From Ostrea edulis (taxonomy: Eukaryota): a stretch of DNA of 64,000 nucleotides. Below, piece after piece: positions 55,072 to 64,000 of the stretch. The notes under the pieces were generated by a model that saw only the letters and a list, made by a program, of their open reading frames with translations, had not been told where the DNA came from and searched no databases. Where the stretch lies: the NCBI RefSeq assembly GCF_947568905.1, contig NC_079173.1, positions 18,414,001 to 18,478,000 on the forward strand, in the 5' to 3' direction. Position numbers and translations under genes: made by a program. The first letter of the stretch is position 1. Every line of letters starts with the position of its first letter.

Positions 55072-55975
55072 TAATAATAATAATAATGTTCTTTTTAAAA
55101 ACAGGATAGCACAATTAGTTTAAAACTAGTTTACATTGTGGTCCTGAAAACATGTATAGAGACAGCAGTATTATACAGATACAATATAAAAAAGTATATG
55201 AAGGTAATTTGTATACATACATGTATGTTATTTACATATTTAAAACTGAAAATAAAACACAATAAATAAATAAACAAATAAAAATAAAGCTGAAAATAAT
55301 CAAAAACATATCTATATGGTTTTAACTTCCCGAATGAAAAAAAAATTAAGATAAGCGGATTTAAAAGTTTCCAATGTTGGGTAACATTTTAAAAATGCTG
55401 GCATATTATTCCATAACTACGAACCGTAAATTGTAAAATATCTTCTAAACTATTGTGTCTTTGCTCTCTGGATATATAATGAATTACTTTGACTTAATCT
55501 GGTAGATCTACTGCTAATTTCATGAACATACTGAAAAACATCTAAATAATCGGGGGTTGGACTATGTAAAATTTTGAAGACAAGAATGATAGTTCCCTAT
55601 ACAAAATAGTTTGACAGATGCATCCATCTAAGTTGCTGCATCATTTCTGTTGTAGGTGTATAAATCTTTCTATTTAAATTCCACTCTAGCAGCTTGTTTT
55701 TGAAGTTTGCATAATTTGTAAAGACCGTCCTTGTTTTTCATATTGCCCCACACTGTATAACAGTAGTTAAAATGATGAAAAACAATTGTATTACAATTTT
55801 TCAGTAATAATTCAGTTGACAAGAATGAACGTAATCTAGATAACACACCTATTTTGTTTGTAAGTCTTTTGGTTAAAACTTCAACATGTTCAGACCACGT
55901 GAGACATCTATCAATATAAACACCAAGTAGTTTTGCACACGATACATATTCGATTGCGATATTGTCCACTTTTAT
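55072..55975 (-). mobile_element. 5'-truncated CR1/L2-type LINE relic
   Basis: CAKLLGVYIDRCLTWSEHVEVLTKRLTNKIGVLSRLRSFL...FHHFNYCYTVWGN (KxLGVxID..LxW..H motif); (AAT)n tail at ~55070-55086. Confidence 0.75.
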
Positions 55976-57269
55976 CGAAAGTTTTTTTTTTGAATGAATT
56001 TTGAATTAAAATACCCGGGTGTTCCGAGCAAATAATAGTAAACATTCGGTCATTCATGTTGCGCATGAATACATGGTGTAAGCAAATTGTGTGTTTAAAT
56101 ATATCAAGAACGAAAATAGATTCGTAAACATGAAACAAATAACTTGTAAGTAAATATTTTATAGTAAAGAAAGTAATATTTCGCTTTCTTCGGTTTGAAA
56201 GCATAGTACATGTAAATATTTGAAAACGGTATTGATCTATTACGACCTATCATACTCCCCGTCGATGCCTCTTAGAAAGTGTATCAAAGCTTAAACCATG
56301 TGACTATTTCTGCGGGCATCTACTGGGATGAGACGAAGAGCGCACGTTCAGTTTGTTATGTTTTCGCTTTCAGACTATTCTACAGTCACATATAGATTAT
56401 CACATATAGGTCTACCGTATTTTGCCGAATATATTTAATATATGCATCCCCTTTTTGGGGCCTGTAAATTGTGGAAATACCATTGTTCATGTGTATAATC
56501 ACATTAAACTTCACGATAATATGATAGAATTCAAACGTAAGCTTCTTAAACGTCGCTGCATTTAGATGGGTAAGTACATCTGTCGTTTACTGCAAAGGAG
56601 AAGATAAAACTAACAAGTAATCGCATATTCCCATACCCATGAAAAACGTGCAACATGCAGAAATCTGACAAATCAAGTGACAAAGGACGTGTACACAAAA
56701 CATGTGTTACTCACGGTATCATAATATCATGGCAGTTTTAAAAATTACTCGGTGATCAATTTCAATTGGCTATTTCATAATAATTAGTTATAGGGTGAAA
56801 GATGATTTTTTAAAAACCATTTTACACTTTTAAATAAGTAAACAACGAGGCGAACAAAATGAGTCAAAAACCTTTTGTGGTATGTTGTATGTATCCCTTC
56901 TCATAAAAATACTGAAAAGTGCGTAATACATTTGGTTAAATACGAGCGTAAATTTATAAGCATAATGCATTATTCCGATTGTATTTTTTTCTAGAATTAT
57001 GGAAGCCCATTAATGTTATGGGAAAGAAATATATTTCTAAATTGATGTGACCGTATATGAGATTATGTAAACAATTACTTATGCCCCTTTCAAAGAAGAA
57101 AATGTTACTTTGTACTTGTCGTTTGGCAGACCTCATGTTCGCTCAATATCTTGGGAACAATTCACTTGATCGCTATGATATTTCATATGTTGGTTGGTTA
57201 TGAGTAGAAGAGGGTCCCTATTGATTTTTAGGTCAAACAGTGTCCACTCTGAACATATGAATATACTGT

Positions 57270-58578
57270 CTGTTCAATATCTGTCGTCTGTCCGTCTGTC
57301 TGTAATTTTTTTTATATTTTCGATTTCTGCTCCAGAACCCTGTAATCAATTTCAACCAAACACGGCCAAAAGCATCCTTGGGTAAAGGGATTTCAGGTTT
57401 GTGCAAATGAAGGGTCATGTCCCTTTGAAAGGGGAAATAATTACAATTAATGGGGTCATTTAAAAATCTTCTCCTCAAGAACCACTGGGCCAGAAAAACT
57501 GAAATTTACGAATTCACGTGAAAATTTCCTGATATAGTGCAGATTTAAGTCTGTTAAAATCATGCCCCGGCGGTTGGATCGGACCACAATAAGGGATCAA
57601 AATTTTACATAGAAATATATAGAAAAAAATCTTTCATAATCCTCTTCTCAAGAACCACTGAGACAGAAAAGATGACATTTACGTGAAAGCATCCTAAGAT
57701 AGTGCAGATTCAAGTCCGTTAAAATCATGGCCCCGGGAGTTGGATGAGTTCACAATAGGGATCAAAGTTTTACATACAAATATGTAGCAAAAATCTTTAA
57801 AAATCTTCTCAAGAACCACTGAGCTAGACAAATTGATATTTACGTGAACGCCTCCTGAAATAATGCAGATTCAAATTTGTTAAAAGTATGCTCCCTGGGT
57901 TGGATGGGGCCACAATGGGCGATCAAAGTTTTACATACACTGTACAAATATATAGGGAAAATCTTTTAAAATATTCTTCTCAAGGAACCACTGACCCAGA
58001 ACAGCTGATATTTACATGAGAGTTTCCTAACACAGTGCAGATTCAAATTTGTAAAAATAATGGCCCTGGAGCGAGGACAGGGCCACAAGGGGGGATCAAA
58101 CTTTTACATAGAAATATATAGGGAAAATTGTTTGAAATCTTCTAAAAAACTACTGGGCCAAAAAATGGAAATTGACATAAAAGCTTTCTGAAATAGTGCA
58201 TATTGGAGTTTGTTAAAACAATGGCCCTCGAGGATAGGATGGACCACATTAGGAAATCAACGTTTTGCATAGGGGAAATCTTTAAAAATCTTCTTTAAAA
58301 ACTACTGGTCCAGTAAAGTTGAAATTTACGAGAAACCTTCCTGACATAGTGCAGATTTAATGTTATCAAAATCATGGCCCCCGGGTGTAAGATGAGGCGA
58401 CAATAGGAGGATCAAACTTTTACATACAAATATATGGGGATAATCATTTAAAAAATCTGAAAAATCACTGGCCTAGAACAGTTTACATTCACATGAAAGC
58501 TTCCTGACAGTCCAGATTCAATAAAAATTGGCCCGCAGGAGTAGTTTGGGGCCATAATAGGGATCAAACTTTTACATG

Positions 58579-58580
<2 letters not shown>
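57270..58580 (+). repeat. Cg170/HindIII-type ~165-bp satellite array (~7 monomers) in a HINE-like element
   Basis: GTCTGTCCGTCTG leader, then repeating AAGAACCACTG...AAAATCATGGCCCC...GGGATCAAAGTTTTACAT at ~57480, 57650, 57810, 57985, 58150, 58300, 58465. Confidence 0.85.

Positions 58581-58582
<2 letters not shown>

Positions 58583-58636
<54 letters not shown>
58583..58636. repeat. (TA)n microsatellite
   Basis: Direct reading. Confidence 0.95.
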
Positions 58637-58641
<5 letters not shown>

Positions 58642-58821
58642 TTCGTCATCCTTGATTACTGCTATATTTTACATCACATAATTTCATTGTTTAGATTGAA
58701 ATTGGTCACTGTTTGTTTCTTCACTTTTTCACACTCTAATCGTTATATCTAGCATAATGAAAGAATAGTGAATGAACCTCCATCATAAAAGAGCTGATAT
58801 ATCGAAAATTGCATATTAATG

Positions 58822-59420
58822 AAAGGTGAATATAACGAAAAGTGACCAATCTTACAACTCATACACACAATACAAAATAGAGAGTTGGGCAAACACAGAC
58901 CCCTGGATATACCGGATGTGGGACTTGGAGCCTTGAATTAGTAAGCATCCCCTATTGACCGGTCACCTCCGCCGTGAGCCCTATATCTTGATCAGGTAAA
59001 CGATGTTATCCGTAGTCAACATCAGTGTACCAAGAACGGCCTAACAATCAATATGAAACATGTCAGACATCATTTGACACAACTGTAGGTTGTATTTGCA
59101 AACTAGATCGTTATAACGACGATAGAAGTTGACTTTAAACGAGGCATTGTCAGTAGCCTGATTCAATTCAAAAACTAACCATACACAGTATAAGCTCTTG
59201 TGTATTGAATCAGTCGAGATATAAAATGACCATACGCAGGTTTTAATGAAATATTGTTACATCAATATGGGTTGACGATGGAGAAGTTGAAATAATCCCG
59301 TTTGTCGTAAAATCGAGCTGTTGGTTTGCCGTTAATATCCACTTTTAATAAAATATCTAAGTATGGCGCAGGAGCGGACGACTCTGTGGTGTCTTTATTT
59401 CGAGTTCACTCGGATATATC
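58822..59420 (-). mobile_element. PLE 3'/RT C-terminal relic
   Basis: TGAAAGGTGAATATAACG terminus through ACTCTGTGGTGTCTTTATTTCGAGTTCACT (reverse of ELEIKDTTES). Confidence 0.8.
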
Positions 59421-61157
59421 GCTTTTTCTTTTGGTTATCTTAAAAATCATTGCAAACTTTCAAATAGGTTCTATTACAAACGTTAATCTAATCAGAAATT
59501 GATATTAAAAAAAAACTTATTCTAAAGACTCCTCAAATGCGGATGTCATACTAAAGTCACTGAAAAACATAAGGAAAGTAGATTACAAGAAACGCAGCGT
59601 AGTTTACCAGATTATCATTTAGCAATTAAATACTAAAACTAATGAATATTTAGATGAGTAATTGAAGATAAATTCTCTTATTGTCTTTAAAACACCTTTA
59701 CTACCTCTAATGATGTCATTTATTACCTGAATTCCTTATCCAACAACATGACAACATTTCAAGCAATACAGAGTACGTTATAACCATCAAACATCAGACC
59801 CTTTTACTCTGTTACTTTAAACGCACACTTTGTCGTTGCTTTTCCTTTTTAAAATTTATTTCCAATTCTGTCATGATTAATGGGTTCAGAGACTTCGTTA
59901 TTTGCTTTAATTTGTGAAACTCGTAGCTCATCAGGATTACTTGACAATTTAAACAAGGTTCGCGCTCCTGGTAATGTTTCTGTCTTCCGTGCAAAAAAGT
60001 AATGAAAACTTCATCGTCGTTTTCGTCAACTTTAAGAAACAAATCTATGATTATCGTAGCAAGTAGAAACGTACTGACCCACATTAACTCCATGGACGGT
60101 CTTCAGTCATTAAAAACATGGCTATGCTCTTCATGTGCAGTTTTTCTATTCCGATGTCACAATGTATTTGCATTGCTCCTATCACTGGGGCAAATAGTTC
60201 CGCTAATCCATCTCAATTACTAGTAGTTGCACAATCTTCAGCATTTACAAACACATAATTAAAACGTGTGTGATATCGATAATTCAACGCATGTTGGACG
60301 GTTATCGCCCCCTGTTGTATAATGAGAAGAACTCTTCTATAAAACTCGGTTTACATTGGCAACGGTCGTCGTGTGATTATTTAGTATGTTGTTTTCTGTA
60401 CGATTTAGGGCATCTCAAGAAGTTATTGCATATTGTTTATATTTCAGTGCTATTTTTACACGATTTATTGTAAAGAGGTTCGGGGAAATTTGTATGATGG
60501 TCGTATGAAAATTGTTAGATTATCGAATACTTTTATAATAGCCCATGTGCGATCTCCCAAAGTCGTTCGAGAGCTCTGAAAAGTCCTTTGAATGCCCCAC
60601 GACACTACACTATTTGTAAAATTAATTGTTTGCACAACAAACTTAAATTACAGTACGTTTAATGTCCGATTAGCAACGTTCGTTCGTGCAATGAGTGTGT
60701 GGAAGTCGTACAATACAATATACAACATGTACACGGGGTGCGCGATTCTCTGGTGCAATCCCAGTTACTGTGTCATTGCAAGGAAGCAGCATAGCAAGGT
60801 AGATATGATATCCACACAAATTAAAACTAAAAATTAGCAGTATCTATTTAAGAAATGAACATCACTTTTTAGCTGTACATAAAATGTAATACATGTATAT
60901 TATGTATACGCACAGAGTGGCGTTACATTACACGTAAATACACACACAACATTAGCTTATTTCCAGATAATATCCTGGATATACCTTCTGTTAAGAATAT
61001 ACATTTATACTTTTGTCAATTGGAAAGGCTCTGTATACCTTTTACTCCACAATCACATAGAAGTTTTACATTGCATTGTTATGCATTTACACATGTGGGA
61101 CAAAGTTTACTTGATGACTACAATGCCGCACCATACAGTGAACACTTGATTCAATTA

Positions 61158-62069
61158 CCGTATATCAGGGTTTTTCCTCGTGTATCTATTTTCCGCTTTG
61201 TTCGCGACGATTTCTGAATCGCGGAGAATAAATCCTAGTAAATTTGAGTCAAAGTTTTGTTTTTGTAGTAGAGTTATATAGCATAAGGTAATAGTGCGGT
61301 GAAAGTTCTGTGTTCAGTTCCCCCTATATCTGATAATCGCCAAGTAACAGGTGTGTACGCTTCGGTGTTTATATTCAAAATATGACAATCTATTGAAATG
61401 GGCCACGTTCTTTGCTTCAATCAATATATAATTATACCTGAGCTACTCATACATGTAACAGTGCATGGTTTATCGTTTCAAACTGAAAATAATTATCGAT
61501 ATATATTTTGTATGAGTATTATTATAGTTAACGAACAATAATTTATGTTACTATACCGGCAAATTGTGCATATTTACAATACATTTGAGTGTAAACGAAA
61601 GTGTACAATTCTTTTTGAAAACTGGTTCGCAGCACAGGAGGGTGATCCCCGGAGCGCGTCTTTAAAAATTGACGAGGTGTGGTTCGATTTATTTCTCACC
61701 TGGATCAAGCCACTTGGAGCAAAATGGCTGACAAAGTTCTATGATTACGTGCAAACAAAACTCGAAATGGTCCGAGATGGATTCAGAGAAATAGGAATAT
61801 CATCCATATTCAGATTTGATTATAATTGCGACAGTAACTACGAAATCTTGTAAATCGTTTCATTGACTGAATTTTACATAAACAATTACGAGTTATAGGT
61901 AAAAATGCTGGCTTCTCCCCTCAACTCCTTTATAAGTTTAAATAATCGTGAATTATTTTTTCGCTATAACTTTGAAATAATGAATATTTCATTCGCGTAG
62001 ATTTGATATACTGTTTTAGGTTCTGAACTCGCGGGAAAAATATGACGCGGAAAAAAACCTGATATACAG
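61158..62069 (+). mobile_element. Internally deleted pogo-like Tc1/mariner element with TA target-site duplication
   Basis: TA(61156-57)-CCGTATATCAGGGTTTTT ... AAAAAAACCTGATATACAG-TA(62070-71); internal DLFLTWIKPLGAKWLTKFYDY...VRDGFREIGI resembles a pogo/DDE_1 C-terminus; empty site with a single TA at 44619-20 in the paralogous unit. Confidence 0.85.
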
Positions 62070-63074
62070 TAGTGTCATTTTGATACTAATGAAAATCACA
62101 TGTATGAAATTAAGTTAACACAAAGGAACTCCGTAACTAGATGTTTTATGACTTTTAAAATAACAAAACAATATACAAATGGCTGAGTAGTAAATAAAAC
62201 ACCTTGCCTCAGAGAAGCTGGATTATATGCAGCTTTACATATATGTCATGTATAGAAATGGGGAAAGTTTGCTGAATAATATAAACTGTTATACAGAGAA
62301 GTATAAAAGCGTCCTTTCTGCTAGACTGCCGTGTCCAAATTGAATTCAGCACCGACTGGCGGTTTAAAGTCCAGTGAAGTGAGGTTCCAATTAGGGCACA
62401 ATAAAAAAGGCTCCAAACAGAATTTGAGGTGTGTTATATACACAGAATAAGAGAATAGTATTTACATTACATACAAAATGAGAATATGGGGAATTTAACT
62501 TAACATTCATTTTTCAATATCGGTTCAGATTTTAAAGTAAATTGCATATAAGTATGTTTCCACCTGTTCATTTATACAAACTATAAGTTGGGAATTTCTT
62601 TTGAGTCAATGAGAAATTAAAAAGCTAAATCAATAATACACAGATGCGCTTGTCTATCGAATCATTTGGGTGACGCAGATATCATACACATGTGATAGTG
62701 AACTATTTTTACATACATATAGGAAGTTGATGGTGACGGACCTTATTTTTTTTCTTAGCTGCCATAAAACTTATGTGTTCGTTTACCATTAACGTCCCAA
62801 ATCAATAAGAATGAAATTCAAATATAAAACACAGATAGAGAATTCTGTGATGTTTTTATTTCGAGTTGACTGGATAATTTCTGATCAACACGTTTAAAAC
62901 AAAATATAATTATTAGATAATTGACTAACCGTTTGTGATGGATTGAAATTACTTGTTTAAAACCAAATTTAGTGCAAAATATGCTGTCGCAGATTGGATC
63001 AGTCTAGAAAATGATTTATTTCTTCATTTGAGCGTTGATCGATTAAGGTTAATCAGGAAATATTTTTGATTCAG

Positions 63075-63146
63075 ATCCTTGTGGGGAAATAAAATAGCAA
63101 CGTTACCAAATGGAATTTTTAATGCATTGACGAAGCTAGAGACACT
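63075..63146 (+). CDS. LRR exon C (72 nt, phase 2-2)
   Basis: TTTTTGATTCAG|A TCC TTG TGG GGA AAT AAA ATA GCA ACG TTA CCA AAT GGA ATT TTT AAT GCA TTG ACG AAG CTA GAG ACA CT|GTAAGT = SLWGNKIATLPNGIFNALTKLETL. Confidence 0.92.
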
Positions 63147-63189
63147 GTAAGTATATCTATATACATAATTATTATTTGTATGCAGAGGA

Positions 63190-63890
63190 GGTGAAGATAA
63201 TGAACAATGTGAAACAGTGATGAATCTTATATCTATTATAAGCAATACGAAATTAAGAGTTGGACAAACATGGACCCCTGGGTAAACCAGACATGGGAAC
63301 AGGTGTTCAAGAAAAGTAAGGATCCCCTGTCGACCGGTCACATCTATCATGGGCCCTCCAGTCAACACCAGTGTGTAAAGAATGACCTATCAATTAGTAT
63401 GAAACACATTAGACATAACTTGACTCAATAGCAGGTTGTATTGGTAATTTAGATCGTTATAATGAGCATATAATTCGCAAAATGGTCTCCTTAAACGAGA
63501 CTGTTGCATGTCCTGTAATATCAACTTGCAATTGTTTGTCAGAAACCTGCCTTAATAAAACAGATCATAAGGAGAACAAGGTTTTGGGTATCGAATCAGT
63601 TGAGATAGTAAACATCATATATAGGTTACAATGGAATACTGCTACATGTTATGTAGATATTGGAAGCTGATGGAGAAGCTAAAATAGTTTGGTGTGTCGT
63701 TAGTTTGTCGTAAAGATTTATTTTCAATAAAATAACTAAGTACAAAGCATTTGTAGATGTATATGTTGCGGGTTTTTTATTTGAAGTTCATGTGGAAATA
63801 TCCAATCCACATAGGATTGAAAATGATTTTGTTAATAGGTAAAAGGGTGTTGGTATCTCTATAGGTAGAGTTGAAGGACTAGCAACTGTA
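63190..63890 (-). mobile_element. PLE 3'/RT C-terminal relic (paralogous to 49345-49990)
   Basis: Shares ACATGGACCCCTGGGTAAACCAGACATGGGAACAGGTGTT with 49428-49467. Confidence 0.75.
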
Positions 63891-64000
63891 CGTTGGACTT
63901 ATTACTAGTTACTTTTCAACATTAGTTCTCATTATAATGTAAATTTGCCTCTAAGGTGTTGCCACCCGTACACCTATATAAACTATAAGTTGGGAATTTA

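Noticed and set aside
58448-58639. ORF MYIYIYIY...
   Set aside because: Translation of the (TA)n microsatellite.
59812-60790. Transposase-like C-terminal text (LKVDENDDEVFITFLH) on the minus strand
   Set aside because: Suggestive of a DNA-transposon relic, but no catalytic motif or termini could be read.
60965-61150. YLLLHNHIEVL as a further LRR-like exon
   Set aside because: No 72-nt AG/GT frame, and the paralogous position at ~44520 reads LHKDIEVL without the Asn.
22224-63146. A true VLR-style somatic gene-assembly locus
   Set aside because: The intact cassettes have canonical splice sites and lie in introns downstream of exon 1, so splicing suffices; nothing in the sequence shows somatic rearrangement.
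38951-63368. Recurrent minus-strand ORFs with SFVNASKIPFGNV-like text (38951..39166, 49192..49482, 63024..63368)
   Set aside because: They are antisense shadows of the + strand LRR exons.

Overview
AT-rich eukaryotic genomic DNA, most likely an ostreid oyster (inferred from Cg170/HindIII-type satellite units in Helentron-like elements, bivalve-type SINEs and dense Penelope-like relics). No rRNA, tRNA or CRISPR array was recognised, and there is one 151-N assembly gap (21109-21259). The only well-supported host gene is on the + strand and is not visible as such in the ORF track. It is a signal-peptide-bearing leucine-rich-repeat (LRR) protein: exon 1 (22224-22402; signal peptide + LRRNT) followed by three intact 72-nt, phase 2-2 single-LRR exons (38987-39058, 49228-49299, 63075-63146), and it appears to continue beyond the window. 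Among these lie two decayed LRR cassettes (27153, 53522) and one cassette that has lost its exon (~55070). The cassettes sit in duplicated intron units, mostly bracketed by same-orientation Penelope-like (PLE) relics, and the intact exons differ mainly at the variable positions of the LRR beta-strand, reminiscent of VLR-type modules. The rest is a transposon graveyard: many PLE RT fragments, a 5'-truncated L1/Tx1 LINE with a 15-bp TSD, a CR1/L2 fragment, hAT and DDE_Tnp_4 transposase relics, a pogo-like element with an empty-site paralogue, Kolobok-like and mariner-type MITEs and nested Helentron-like elements. It also holds a 1.8-kb minisatellite, a 360-bp palindrome and several local duplications. 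Family assignments come from motif recognition only, and many repeat boundaries are approximate.
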